DNA of 64,000 nucleotides from Yuukianura sp. NJ FZ-2021. Lineage: Eukaryota. Both the position numbers and the translations under genes were made by a program. The DNA is taken from contig CM102290.1 of NCBI GenBank assembly GCA_046563655.1, forward strand, positions 13,082,001 to 13,146,000, read 5' to 3'. A model generated the notes under the pieces. It ran no database searches, was not told the origin of the DNA, and saw only the letters and a list, made by a program, of their open reading frames with translations. Below, in pieces: positions 1-15,296 of this stretch (positions are counted from its first letter, which is position 1; each line of letters begins with the position of its first letter).

Positions 1-2068
1 CTTGTACTGAAACTGGGGGAGTGAGAAGAGTAAATTGTCGTGGTTTCCAGCAGGAGTAGTCTCTTACAATGCTGTTGAAGTTGCAGGCGGGACAGGTGCG
101 TGAGAGGCTTTACGGGAAATATGAAAGTCATTCGGAGTGAAACAAAAGTCTGTTTCCAGTTTCTGTTTTCTCATCTTCTATTTTTTATTGAGTTATTGGG
201 TAAAAATGTACTTTGGATTTGGTACGGTATCCCCTCATCCCTATAAAAAATGGGTTCTAACACGAAGCTTCTGTTTCATTTATATTTATACTACGGCAGT
301 ATACAATGTTCTGCCAGGGAAAAATGTGCACCTTTCCACAGTTCATTCACCGCCGTGTCCAGAACCAGGCAATGCCACTTGTGTTTCAAATTTGAGCACA
401 ATATTTCAATATACTAGTGTTTTAGCAAAATTTACGTCGGCCAATACGTATATAGTACACACAACAAAAATGTAAAATTTTGTTCTAAAATTTCAACCGT
501 AAACCTTTTTTAAGCGTTTCCGTTTTTCACTGTATCCAACATTGATTTTGAACGTTCCAGAACTGGAGTAACCTTTGAAAATTTGATTTTGTGAAGTGGA
601 GAGGTCAAGTTTGGGTTAAAAACGAATCTCGGTGGGTAAATTTCAGTTTTGAACGAATTTCCAATTGTAGAGTTTTCCCGGAGAAAGTCATTGGGTTTTG
701 GGGTGTTTCTTTTAGTTTTGGCTAATAATAGTCCGTAAGTGGCGACTATAATTAGTCTATATGTGTATGTTAACCTATGGGTCATCGCCTCCTCATTAGG
801 AAATATCGTTAAGGAAATGTACTTATTCGTCAAACCATGGAGAGTTAACTGTCCTTTTCATAATTGTTTCAGTTGGATGCACCAAGTTGTCAAAACCCTG
901 CGTTTGTTTAAACTTCAAATCAGTTAGAGTGTGGACTTTCAATAAGGAAAGAGGCACTGGACAATACAAAAGTAAGTACTGTGTATGCAAAACATATTAC
1001 ATAGCTTTTAGATTCATGAACAGTTTTTTAAAGTTAACATTTAAAGTTCGATAATTTTAAAGTTCCGATCCAACCTCAACTGACTTCATTGCGTAAACTT
1101 TTTTTTAATTATCCAGCTCCAGAAATTTGGCACGTCGGATATTTAAACAAAACGGGAAGAATAGCATTTGAATTGATGCGTCATTTGATTTAACACAAGT
1201 TTTTGTTTCTATGAAATTTGTACGAGTTATTGTTGTACATACAGTTCGGGGATTAGCTCGTTTTCATTCGTTTAGAACAAAATTTCCTCCTGTAGAAGGG
1301 AATTAATCTCTTTCCACAGAAATGTATGAATTCAAACTCAAACTTTGAAATTTTGAAAATCAATTGGAAGTCGAGGCCTTTTATATGGAGCCGCTATTTT
1401 CATACCGTCAATATCGGATTTCAAGATCAGAATTTTAAAACTAGACAAGAGCTATGCCAACACAAACTAAATTGGACCTTTACCGCTATTACTCAAATAC
1501 TGAGTTTGAAATGCAGAAAAAGATAAGTTCGCTGAAATGAATGGAGTAACTAAACTCAAATTTGAGTTTATGGAACTTGCCAGTATGCCAGATATAAGCG
1601 AATGACAAACGTTACGATTAGTATTGCCGGAGTTTTACCTCAATTCAAACGGTTCACACAGTGACCGGACTGACTCATACGGAGCGTTGTTTGATACGTT
1701 TAAAAATAGCAAATTTTTTTGCCGCTAAGCCAAAGTCTTGCTGTGATTTGCATTCATACGATAGTAAACTGTTCATTTTGAGCGCCAACGTTGGGCACTA
1801 TTTCTCTGTGAAATGAGGTTTCGCATCCTATTGATTTCGTGTGTGACGCCAAGCATTGAAACGTGGGAAGCAGGGATGGATGTGGCATTGAAATTCGGAA
1901 ACCGTGTCCAAAAGTTGAATGACAAAATCATGGATTCCAATGGAATCACTTTGGATTCGCTTCTGAAAGTCAATGAATCTGGAATTGTTTGGGCTTTAGC
2001 ATATTGTTGCGGTGGTGCTCTGTTGCGTCCTTTCACAGTTCTTGATTTTCCTCCCCAAAAGAAAAGTA

Positions 2069-2263
2069 CAGTAGATCCTCTCTAATTGTAACTCGCTCCT
2101 ATTGGTAGACTTGAATGGAGCATACCGTAAAATTTCTGATTACATGGCATCAGTATAGTATTGGACACCTCAAAGCGTCAAGAGTTGATTTAAAGTTGAG
2201 CTCTTAGGTTTTACGGTGTGATGCAGAGCATATTGAAGAGTTGCCATAAGAGAGAGTCTTCTG
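2069..2263. mobile_element. Tc1/mariner(pogo)-type MITE, CAGT-end family
   Basis: TA|CAGTAGATCCTCTC...GAGAGAGTCTTCTG|TA; imperfect TIRs shared with other copies in the window. Confidence 0.65.
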
Positions 2264-4403
2264 TAGCATGAATGATCCACATGAGAGGCAGAATTTAGCC
2301 TCGGGGGAGGAAGTGACAGAGGCTTAAAAGAACAGCTGTAATATGCTTATTTCCGGTGACTGGCTCCTATTTTCTTTCTGTTGTTGAGCAAGACGATTAC
2401 GCAGTGTTGAAAACGCGGTGGAATAGACATCAGGTTACGCTCCTTGTAAAAAAAATGGACGTAAATTAAAGTATTAAGCAAAGAACTTACAGTGATTACT
2501 AAACTAAATCATCCATGAATTAAACTTTAGATACACAAAAAAACAGCCAACATACCTTTAGAAGTACGATGTTTACTGAGAATTTGATACAAATAGTTGA
2601 GCACCTAGAAGAAAACAATTAAATAGCTGAAATAACTTTGAAAATTTTTGACCTAACGCAAAAGAAATTCAATCCACTTCAGAAATTTCAATTCCTGTAA
2701 AAAATTTTATATTTTGTATCAATGTAATGAAATGTAATTGTAACATATTATTGACTGCCGTGCTGCTGTGTTTTTTACTAGTGAAATCTGGCGTCTTTTT
2801 TTTAACCAACATTTCATTATTAAAAACAATAAGAAACCGGTTGTAGCCAAAATGTGCAAAAGTAGCGACAGATACGCTCATTTTTGCTCGGACAATTTGT
2901 ACATACATGTGAGCGGTTTAGTTTGAGATATTATTATTAACATATTATTATTTTAAGTATTTATTTAAGTATTAAATATTAAGGATTACATATTATTAGG
3001 ATCCGTATTTGCAGAAAACCTTCAGCTTTACAGACATCATGTATTACACATAGCTCTTCACAAGAAGTAAACAACATAAACAGGTTTAGTTACGTATAAG
3101 CAGTATAGAAACTACTTCAATTGTAAATTAAATTTACGTCATCCTAATTATAACGAAAACACAGTTCGTCTTGAATACATTGCTCTGTTTTTATGAAATT
3201 GTTGTGTATATTAGAAGTAAGATCTGTTTATACAAGTATTTTTATCCGTTTCCTCTCGTTTTGAATGGCACATTAAGAATTCACGGGCGAATTTTGGTTC
3301 CCGTGATTCCTGTGTGCTGTACAAAGCGAAGAGTTGAACAGTCATCGAATTTGGAGGATTTCAGTTTTTTCGAATTTGTTGAAAAAATTCGGTGCAAATG
3401 AAGTTTCATCGGAATTCGAAGGCATTACATTAAAAACTGGGACAAAATAAGCCATGTTACCGGGAATCGTTACCGGAAGATCTCTGGAGTGCGTCTAAAT
3501 TGTTGATGTCAGCGCCACCTACACCCTGATCTTTTGGCTTGGCACTTGAAGAATTCACAGATTCCATTTTCTATTTCTGTGGAGTTCGGGTGTCACAGCT
3601 CAAAGCAGGTTAGTCAACTATAATGGGCACACCAGCGACCACTTCATAATCAAGTTACGCAAACTACGTGTCAACGCCAAATTGTATCGTGTCGTTACGG
3701 AAAAATGTAATTTTGTAGCGGAGGACTCAGGTACTTACTCGACTTCAACATGGATACTTAAATCAAGAATAGTAGTGAGGACGTTTGGTTTCGATATGAT
3801 AAGATGTGAAAAATATATCTCGAGTTGCCCCAGCATTTAACATGGCCGCATTAAAGAATTGGGTTAAAAATGACTTCTATCGGAATCCACCCGAAAAAAA
3901 ATTCGTCATTTCAGATGAAATTTTGAAACTGGCGAAAACAGTGGAAAGTTTGATACCCGCGTAATAATTCGTTTTCATGGTGGTCAGATTATTGAATTCG
4001 CATGGCAAAACTCCGGCCGTATTCCGTACGAAAGGGTTTGCGAGAGTAGTCAGATTCAGAGGATTAGTGTTGCCCGTTTCTCGCTAGCCTAACATCTGAT
4101 CTTGACCTAGAGAATCACAAGTGAATGAGGAATTGTAGTTACGTTCAACAAGAGAGAAATTTGCATTGTACAGTGCCTTCATTGCTTCAGTTTCAGTGTC
4201 GTTGGGCGTACACGACGAAGGGTCTCATGGTTTCTTCCAAACCGATGTCAACGCGTCAGGAAGTAATTCCTAGTATCGTCGACGGATATACTACAGGCTG
4301 AAATTGGATTGGACGTAAAGGTGACGATTATGACTTTTTTCAAAGTACAAATCTGGTTTCTATAACAGTCTTCAAAAATGACGAAGTTCTTATTGTTTCT
4401 TAG

Positions 4404-6301
4404 ATGGACGAGGTCTCCACATTTCCGATGGGGCGCACTGAAAGCAATGGGAAAGTAAATAGTGTCCTGATCGGGATTGTAGTCTCGAAATGGGACAACA
4501 TCGTTGGACCCCAATGTAGCTACTTGTGGACGGAAGAGATGACTAGCGTTTTCTACCCGGGATATCTCCCCAAACCACTTACTCGGCTAATCAAGTATGT
4601 TACGGATCATACAGTCGATCATCATGAAGTTGTGGACGGAAATTACGTCTCGCACTCGACAATGAAGAGCGGCCTTTGCATGGTTCCTGATCTGAATTTG
4701 GTTTATATGTCTATTTCTATTCGAGTGCCTTCGGATCCAAGTTCGTGTGATACAGACAAACCAGGAGTTGAGGTTCCGCATTCCGTCTCAGTTCTCGCCA
4801 GTCTTCAATATCTCCATCACATTCTAATGATGAAGTCTCTAATTTTCAAATGGCTAACAGAATTTGCGCCAAAAATCGGCGTTCTAATTTGCAAGGTGAG
4901 TGTTTTCCTGTTTACATTGTTTGGGAGTCTTCTATTATTAGTCGTTTATTTTGATTTAGAGTAAATTGCACCTATCATTGATTAATTCTTGGTGTGCTGA
5001 GCTGTGCAAAACTATGGCTGCCGTCCAGACGTGTTGGTGGCAAAAGGCAAGGACGACGGAAACGACAACTGCTACTAGTAGTAATAGAGCTGACGAGTAC
5101 AATATGAAGCCAACGCACAGTAAACACATTATGAACAGTGTGGCACCAACTGGAAGAATACTGGTGGAGGAAGAATATGGTTACTTACCTCCTGCAGCAG
5201 AAACTCCACTTTTAGGAATGATGGTAACCTCTCACCTCTCTACGAGTTGTTCTACTGTCGTTGTTGGACCGGACGCACTTCATATCAATCACGTATGACC
5301 GAATAGTTTCAAATACTGTGTACTACTAGAATATAACAGACGATAAACCTAGCCTGCAACACTGATATTCCGCATCTTGTCCTTGCAGGTTATACGATTT
5401 TTGCTGTGTTTTTCAAAAGCTGAAGAAGGATGCTGCTCGCGTTACGTACTTCCGATACTTCCTGACACTTTTATGAAGGGATTGTTCGTCCAGGCAAGAC
5501 TACTCTTAATATTAGCATGAAAATGTCGGTGCAACTGTCAAAAACGTTTTTCAAATAGGGGCTCATTGCTGGAGAGATTGGAGAAAGAAGTATTTCCAAC
5601 AACCAGCTCAGTTCTAATCATCATCCCTTTACTCATGTATGATTCTCAATTGTCAATGTAATGAAAACATATTTTAATGCTACCTTTGTATACTTTAGAT
5701 TGAACTGCATTCCAAGTTCAACAAAGTGCGTCAAATGCCAGTGTACTCACATCAATCTCAGAGGGAAATGACGTTGATACACGAACTAACTGCACTGTGG
5801 AACTCCACTACATACATTTTCTCGCAAACAGAGTAATTACTACAAATTGCTAAACTGTCAATTGAATTGTGAAGCTGATCATAGTAGCTAGAGTCTTCAT
5901 AATCCTATTTTTGTTTAAAACAGCGTCATATATCAACCTGTATATGAATCCGCATCCTTCGTATCCAAACTTATATCAGATTTGCAAACACTGCGACCCG
6001 AGAGACGCTATGCGAGACTGCTTTTGTTCCGGAGAATGATCCAAGCACGAGCCTTAGAACTAATTGTCTACCTACAATCGATACAGTTAAGTTTTGAAAC
6101 TCCTATTCCAGTATATACCGAATATCAGTAACTAATTAATCTCTTATTGTATAAATTCATAGATTTCAGCAACACAAAGAAAAGACTGTACTCCTCAAAT
6201 ATGCACCGGAAACGTTAGGCTTAGATGAAACGGAATTCCTAATTGTTCAAGTTGCAGCGGATAAAGTTCGTCCTGGAGTCCTGGCCGCAAGTAGACCTTG
6301 A
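4404..6301 (+). CDS. C9orf72: C9orf72 homolog (DENN-like GTPase regulator), multi-exon
   Basis: N-terminus has WDNIVGP. Spliced exons give GLFVQ|GLI..PFTH|IELHSKFNKVRQMP..ELTALW and a C-terminal AADKVRPG, matching remembered C9orf72 motifs. Exons are approximately 4404-4895, 4960-5292, 5389-5493, 5559-5635, 5699-5832, 5924-6086 and 6163-6301. Stop TGA is at 6299-6301. Confidence 0.88.
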
Positions 6302-6618
6302 CGACGTACCTCGCATGTCTCAAACGTCGACATGTCTTCAAATAGAGTTTTCCTTATAAACATTGCTATTCAGGGTAGTTTTTTTTAATCGAAGCTTCGC
6401 GAATATTGACTGTGATTTTCAGACAGGCAGGAGGTAGTAAGTAGAGTACCTTTTAGTTTTTCAGTTTATTAATTCAAGGAATAATAATAAAAAATGTTCA
6501 GAGAATACTTACTTTTTGTTTCAAGTATAAATCATTCGTACTCATTTAAACAATGAATGCCTTTAATAAATGTAAGGTGAAAATTTAAGCCGTACAGTGA
6601 TATGGTAACCTAACCATG

Positions 6619-6999
6619 CTACATCGTTTCCATTTCGTCATCCGAGATCATCCGCACGTATAGAACATTGTTACATCGGATCAGGATTTCGCCTAATTTG
6701 CCTTTGCAGGTTTGATCGATGTACTCTTCTACTCCGTGAAGCTGTGAAAAGCAATTGCGTTATTAGTTTCATATTTCGAATATTTGAGAATTGACATAAA
6801 GCAAAGCAAAGTCTACCATTTCTTTAGCACCATGCTGATGCTGTTTGGAAAGCGATTAATAAAAACGTACCTGCAAGTTCATGTAGTTATCGACGGAGAC
6901 CAGCATCCCACGATACTCCTGCCCCCACTTCAATTTCACCGATACATTCCGTCCCGTCAATGAATTGATGAAAGGTTTGGGGTTCACTGGCATACTCAT
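6619..6999 (-). CDS. SNRPF: Small nuclear ribonucleoprotein SmF (83 aa, two coding exons)
   Basis: Manual translation: exon 6999-6871 [43 protein letters not shown] plus exon 6741-6619 [40 protein letters not shown]. The intron is canonical GT-AG, and Sm1 and Sm2 motifs are present. Confidence 0.95.
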
Positions 7000-7991
7000 C
7001 TAAATAATAAACAAACTTGAAAATAAAGTACCAATCTAGCCGAATTCACATGACGAACGTAGTGGTTACTGACCTTGCTGGAGGAAAGGTTAGATCGATT
7101 TTCAATCTATCAGTTGAATATTGGTTGTAGAGGTTGTTGAGGTAGAGGATGTTCAGTCGATGATGAAGATGAAATAATTGTAAAAACGTTAGGCTTGTTT
7201 TAGCGGTATAAAATTATACAACAGAAACAGAACAACTTTTGGTGGAAGTCAGCTTTAGCTAATGCTATTGTAACCGCAAAGCGTAGTCGCTGCGGTCAAT
7301 TTCTGTGGCTCAAATAGGGCTACGGCTAAATTTGCTACTTCAAGTTTAAAGTAAGAAACTTAACCTAAATCGATAACTTACGTTGCAACACAGTGTAGAC
7401 ACTGCAGTTGCCAGCTTGTTTGAGTTACCAGCAACTCAGCACATTTGTAACTGTAGGGTGTTTGCGGTTACAAATGTTTTTGTTCAGCCTTATCTCAACC
7501 CAATTTCCACTGCATAGTATCATGTAATCGCTAGTGACCCACTAATCCTCTGTATCCGCAGGACTGAGGGGCCAAGCTACTCCACTGAATCAGCGGAAAA
7601 TCTAACAAAATACTTGGTTTGATTTAAGGTACGACGAATCCGGTAGTTAATTAAGCCACGTAATTAAGTAGCGAACGATTACCCTAAAATGGTGGAGCAG
7701 CACATACACCCGTACGGAACAATAATCTACCCTGTCGCTAGTTGCCAGCAACAACAGTCGTTTCGTTATGTTGAGCGGTTGTATCGAATACAGCATTGGT
7801 TTCACCGCAACTGCGATCACTATGTATTTCACATCAAGTTCACCAGATTCAGACCTTTAGTAAGTACCTTTGCTTTCAACCTGTTAACTGTATAATGAAA
7901 TTTTCGTTACGGGTCAGCAGTTTACCGGATTTCATTTCTGCATGTTCGGGGTACAGTAACTTACTGAAAAATTGTCGTGTTCTAAACAAAT

Positions 7992-9911
7992 ATGTCCGTC
8001 ATAGACGCAAATGCTGCAGGCGACTTCAGTTTGTGGGAGAAAACACCTCTTAGAGTGGGCACCAGGAAGAGTGAGGTACATCACAATTGTCAAATACTGG
8101 ATGAATATAAACGGGTTCTGTTAGATTGGATGTTTTCATGTTTTTGTTTTATTTTTGTTTCAGTTGGCCCTAATACAAACTAAGAGTGTGATTACAAAAA
8201 TACGGGAGCTGTATCCTCAAATTCGGTGTGAAATTGGTAATTTCGTATTTTAGTTTTCGTTCCTAATCGGTGCAAAGTATCCTAAAATTAACAGAGATGT
8301 GGGTAGGCAGCCTTTTTGGAAACCCGAATGCGCGAGCTACTCAATATGGTCACCCATATTCAAAAACCACCAACCCAACATAACGTTCCGAAAAAAAATC
8401 CTTGCCCTGCTTTGCCCCACGCTGTTTCACCATATCAAACTCGATTCATTGGAAAATAAACTAATGCATGGCTTAATGTTACAGTACAAATGAGTACAAC
8501 TGGAGACGAACAACTTGACGTTCCATTATCTAAAATCGGAGAAAAAAGTTTATTTACGAAAGAGTTGGAAGTTGCTCTGTTGGAGAACAAAGTGGACTTT
8601 GTTGTACATTCACTGAAGGATCTCCCGACGGAACTTCCGAACGGCCTTACCATTGCTGCCATTACAGAGTATGGAACCTTTTTCTTATGTTTATGAAACG
8701 TTCATAACTTGTCGTAAGTAACTGTGTCCTTGCTCACTTTCATATGTGGGGAACTGGATGAACGACAAGTTACAAAAGCATGCGAAAACCATGCATTCAT
8801 GCATGCATTCCTAAAACTGCGAAAAACAAAGTTTAGTAAATCCTGATTGACTCACTGTGTAGTTGCGTAACATTTCCCACTGGAGTCCTGATCACTACCT
8901 AAAAGCCGTTATTGGCAAGACTGACAGACATACGAACAAAGCAAAACGATAATGCAGCTTTAGTTTAAGATGTGCTAAAAGTTTACCAACGTTGTACCTA
9001 GATGTTTTATGTTGTAAATACAGGAGGGAAGACCCTAGGGATGCCCTGGTATTACCTCAACACAAAACCCTGCCAATTGGTGACGACGGCACTGAGGAGG
9101 AGACTTCCAAATGTTTTCCAGACGGATGTGTCATTGGCACTAGTTCATCGCGACGAGTGGCAGCTATTCGGGCAATGTGTCCTACTTGGAAAGTTCTTCA
9201 CATTCGTGGAAATTTAAATACGCGACTTAAGAAGCTTGATGCCCCTGATTCCCCATTTACTGCCTTAATACTTGCTGCGGCGGGTTTAACTCGTATGGGA
9301 CTTGGGCACCGAATATCTCGATTCCTGGACAAAGGATCAGACACGTTTGATTGGCCTTATGCCGTTGGTCAAGGAGCCCTCGGACTGGAATGTTGTGAAG
9401 CCAACAAAAGCGTAATAGGGCTTCTACGCAACCTAAATCACGCTGAATCGTATTACGCCTGTGTAGCTGAACGTGCTCTGCTATACACTTTCGGTGGCGG
9501 TTGTTCTATTCCAGTTGGGGTTCGCTCGACGTTCACACGGAACCCTACTTTGAACAAGATGCAAGCTTTGACACTTGAAGGTTACACTGATACCCAATTT
9601 GGATACATTTTATATTGGATTTTTGTTTTGCTAAAGATTGACTTTTCAAAATTTCAGGTTTTTATTTTGGAAATGGCGGTGTAGAGAAAGCGACAGACAC
9701 GGCCACATTGATTCAGGAAGAAGCAGTTTCCGAAATCACTTGTAAGGAAATGACTGCAATCCAACCTGTGCCTTGTGAAGGATATCCATTAAATACCTGT
9801 CGATTAGTTGCAGGTTTGGGTTTACGATTAGGTAGGAAATTAAAAACGTTTTCCAATAGAACTGACTTAAAAAATAGAGAACAACGTGATGAGCATAATG
9901 ACATGAGCTAA
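7992..9911 (+). CDS. HMBS: Porphobilinogen deaminase (hydroxymethylbilane synthase)
   Basis: Motifs [55 protein letters not shown] and GGGCSIPVG (cofactor Cys). Exons are approximately 7992-8075, 8164-8237, 8484-8668, 9023-9580 and 9658-9911. The start codon is uncertain. Confidence 0.93.
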
Positions 9912-10609
9912 TGCTCGCGAAGTAAATCAGTAACTGTCGATGATTTTGATTATGAATGCCAATTTTTCTAGTTTTCATAAAAATTCGTTACGTAGAATCG
10001 ACATCTCGTCTTACCGATTTCACATTTTAGGAAAACAGAAGTTTTCGAAAAATTACGCTCAAAGTCTAATACGAGTGATGCTAACGGTTGTTTGAAAAGA
10101 AAAAAAAAAGACTGAAATCCGCCATGATAAAAGTAAAATCCCGCATTGTGATTTCCTAGCAAAGCTTAAATTTTTTTCTTGCATGCGCTTTTCCATATTT
10201 CCTGCGGTTCGTACTTATTTCTGTTTAATAATTGACAAAACTATTAATTTAGTTACAAAATACAGAGCTTTTAGACAAATGCATTAGGGAAGTTTACTAT
10301 TTATTTCCATGGACTCGTCCGCAGATCTCTGCTTCCAAACCGCACTAGCCAATTTCAATCAAAGTCACAATTGTTCCTCTTAAAACTTAACCAAAACTTA
10401 TTTTCACCTCAGGAGTTACATGGTTTAACTTAATCTTGCGGAATTTCAATCACGGTGTTTTCTTAATCAAGGCGGTTAATTAACGAATATGCGGCTTTTA
10501 ATTAAAGTGACAAAAGTGATGTGGAAGAGAAAACTTAAGTGTTTTCACAAGTACTGCCCATTTCACATCCAGCATTCTCAAGCGTCAAAGAGAAACAGAG
10601 GCCTGAACA

Positions 10610-12744
10610 ATGGCGTTGAAATCTTTCTTTTACATTTGCTTGCTTCTCGTTGGTAATTTCCCAAGGTCGCATCAGTGGCTGGGCGAAGCCTTGAGCGCGG
10701 TTAAGGATGTAGTGACCTTTGTTCCAAATCAAATAGGACATGCAGTTACTGCAGTTGATTCGCTATTTGCCAATAGCAACCCGGACGACGTTATATTCGA
10801 GTTTAGTCCAGCACCAGGGTAAGTTTCAATACGAATTTAACATGAGTGAGGTATTGGACAACCTGTTGTAGGAAATACAATTTGTTGTTATTTTGGTTGT
10901 CAAGGAACCTTGGTAAACTTTTACATTTTTTTTTCCTAGGGTTGTGCAAAAAATTGACATTCATGACGATAGTTCCGTTGGAAAGACAGATTACAACAAC
11001 AGTCGTCCGACTGTACTTATTACTCATGGCTTTACCCCGGATTTCAAAATTCTGAGCGGTTCTAATACGGTTTTCGGAAGTATTGCTGACGGTAATTGCC
11101 AAAACACCTTGTATATAATTCCTCCATGAATAATTTGTTTTTCTTTCAACTTTAGCGTATCGCGAAGTTGGCGCAGAACTCAACATGATTGCTGTCAACT
11201 GGGGTAAGTACCGTGGGCGAACCAGAATTTGAATTAGTTTGTTTTAAATTTTGGAATTCCTTATGAGAATCGATACGCAGTTTTTCAGTTTTCACATTTC
11301 CAGTGGGAACACGCCATTAGTCGTACTCTCGGTTCAACGTTTTACTATAATTTGAATTTCGTTAGGAAAATTGTTGATTATGGAATTTGCTTTTAACCTG
11401 AGTAAAAGCATTTAAAGTTAGTATCACCAAAAAAAAATCTAATTTAGAGTAGTACACCTCATTCTCTAAATAAGGAACTAAAAACCTCAACCCTTACCCC
11501 AATTCTTTTCGTGGGCCTCAGTGAGGCTTCTTCTATGGCAGCGGCAGCACTGAGGCCTCATTGAAAACAAATGGAGAAAGGGTTCAGGTTTTTAGTTTCT
11601 TATTTAGAGAACGTACTCTATTTCGAAATTTTGGATGTCCTGAAGCCTAGAGCTACCTTGCGTTGCTTTGAGTTACAAAAATGTCTAATTCATTTGACAA
11701 GAAATCAGACCGGTATTAGGAAATACAATGTAACCGCATGCTAACCGCCAAAGCCACTTAACGGGTGATTTGCTATCATCCGTTTTTTTTATATACCAAT
11801 TAATTTCTCTCGGTAAGGTATCAAAAAAAAATGTATAGGGGTAAATGTGAATGGGATTTCAATGCTATGTGACAATTTGGTTGAAATAACAGATTTTTCA
11901 GTGAGATCTTGTGCAATGTTACCATCATTTTTTTTTCAGAGGACTTGGCTCGGCCAAGGGGATTGATTAAGCCACTCCACTATGGAGCGATTGCTAACAA
12001 CGTTCCAGTTGTGGGCAAGCGAGTAGCTGAGTTCGTGGTTTACTTGATGAAGAACGCTGCATTGGATTTAGATAACCTGCACCTCATTGGATTCAGTTTG
12101 GGGGCTCATGTGTCTGGACTTGCTGGAAGCAATATTCAAAATATGACCGGGCAAAAGGTTCATCGCATTACAGGTCTGGACCCTGCTGCTCCACAGTTCT
12201 ACGTGCCCACTACACATATTTCCCAACGACTGGACGATACTGATGCCCGATTCGTTTTGGCCGTACATACCAACGTGAAAGCAAACGGTATCTGGTACCC
12301 CATTGGACACGTTGACTTTTACCCGGTATTTTAACATTCGTATTTTACGTCTACTTGATATTGGAAAGTTCATTTAAAAGTATTTCTATTGACAACAGAA
12401 CGATGGCGGTCCGATTCAGCCTGCGTGCGGCGCCGCTTCGACATTGTTTGGCCTCTCTCTTATTTACCGCCTTGTCTGCAGTCATTCTCAAGCATATCAC
12501 TACTATGCCCAGTCAATTCTTAAACGCTACGACGCTTGCCCATGCGACTCCGTCAGTGACCTGGCTGCTTGTGAACAGGCCTGGGTTGACGTAAACGGAC
12601 AATGTGAAAATCCCATTCCATTTGGAGAGAGATGCCCAGAGACGTAAGAAATGGAATTCAATTTATGATCTGGATGTGATGTGATCTGGCCTTTTAATTG
12701 TTACTAGGGAACGTGGCCTATACTTCCTTCGACTTAAGGCGTGA
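10610..12744 (+). CDS. Secreted pancreatic-lipase/phospholipase A1 family lipase
   Basis: Hydrophobic N-terminus; PTVLITHGF, NMIAVNW, HLIGFSLGAH (catalytic Ser), ITGLDPAAP (Asp), GHVDFYP|NDGG and CSHSQA (His). Six exons ending in TGA at 12742-12744. Confidence 0.9.
11462..11611. repeat. Foldback/MITE-like inverted repeat in a lipase intron
   Basis: 34-bp arms at 11462-11495 and 11578-11611 are reverse complements with 2 mismatches. There is an inner GGCCTCAGTG/CACTGAGGCC inverted repeat. Confidence 0.75.
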
Positions 12745-13620
12745 ACGGAATCAATTTCAGTTTTTCCATGAAGTTCCGGAATGCTATCAAAATCTTGCTT
12801 AGACTTATTTCGATTAAGCACTTACATTTCTGGTCCTCCTATAATTATGTCCTTCAGTTTTCAATTTGAAATTAAATCGGTAAACCATGTAAATGATTCG
12901 TCGATCAAGGAATATTTTATTTTCTAAACTTCAGTTATCATTCTTAGCATGTTAAGTCATAAACAATCAAAAGACAGACAGACGGACAAAGTTATATAAA
13001 GTGTCGTCTATGGAAGAATAGAATTAGTACTACAAAGCGAGTACGCGGAATTTGAAATGTGGGTAACGCACGAAGTGGGGAAATGATTTTCTCACCCTTC
13101 GGCGGGAAAGGTCAGAGGTTTCTCAAAAAGAAGAAGTCAGAGGAATCAGAGGATTAGTGTGGCCATGGGCTTGCTGCAACACATTTATAATTGCAGTAAG
13201 GCTTAACGACACCTTGTACTCGCCGTACATCATGGGTACTCTTCTAATGTTATTGGCTGCACCTGAGTGGGAATTTAAGTAGCCACTTTAGCCTGACATA
13301 GTCTAACCTACAGTGGCAACATAAGTGGCAAGAGTTGCCGCACAATATAACCACTTATTATGTGGCACTAAAAACGGCGGAATGGGCGGAGGTGGCTGTG
13401 AGAGTATCCTTATAGGCGTTAAACCTTACTTCAACAACATTTTCACTCCGGGTATTAACATTATAAGAATTCGGAAATCCGAAGTATTCACTTGGCATTA
13501 TTAATTGGATTAGATTATTCATTGCTTTGATTGTAGGTTCGTAAGTTGTGAAGGAAGAAGTGGTCGGGCTGTCAAAGCTGCAGTTCATTTCGTCTTTTAA
13601 TCGAGTCGAAAATCCGCAAA

Positions 13621-14854
<1,234 letters not shown>

Positions 14855-15126
14855 AGGAAATGCAAGGTTAGATCCCAATAGTTATCAATCCTATAAGATA
14901 TACATTAGCTAATGCTGCCGGAATGTAACCCCTCCAGTGTTTACCAGTAAATAAATGTCATTTCGATGAACAAAAACAATTAACTAATTTTAGTTAATCA
15001 TAATTTAATGTATACTAATCCGTATTTGCTTGTAGTTGGGATGAAAATGAAACGAGCGTCGAATTTTGGCGTTCCGAAACCAAAATGGGCTCTTCTACAT
15101 GTTCCGCAAGATGAAAAATTTCGAGT

Positions 15127-15296
15127 GGAGTAAGGCAGAGGTTCCCTGTGTTACCGGAGGGATAAAATATTTCTTCCACTTACACAAATAATGTGGAAGT
15201 ATCCATTTTATCCAGCCATTTCTTCCGGATATAACCGGATTAAATATTATTATCCAGTGGCCAAGACGTCCAAAAAGTGGATATCTGCCTTACTCC
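15127..15296. repeat. Dispersed GGATA/TATCC-rich repeat module, here bounded by the 13-bp inverted repeat GGAGTAAGGCAGA
   Basis: The core TATCCAG(C/T)CATTTCTTCCGGATA(T/A)AACCGGAT recurs at about 28108-28260 and 35428-35575, with a related copy at about 62183-62351. Confidence 0.7.

Noticed and set aside
137..3401. Short ORFs at the start of the window
   Set aside because: Low-complexity AT-rich translations with no family motifs. They may be UTR or intron of a gene outside the window, but this cannot be supported.
7689..7895. 68-aa ORF upstream of HMBS as an N-terminal extension
   Set aside because: Its donor at 7860 is out of phase with the nearby acceptors in the HMBS frame, and it has no recognisable motif.
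13404..13411. U12-type donor GTATCCTT upstream of NDUFAB1
   Set aside because: No convincing TCCTTAAC branch site or supporting exon structure.
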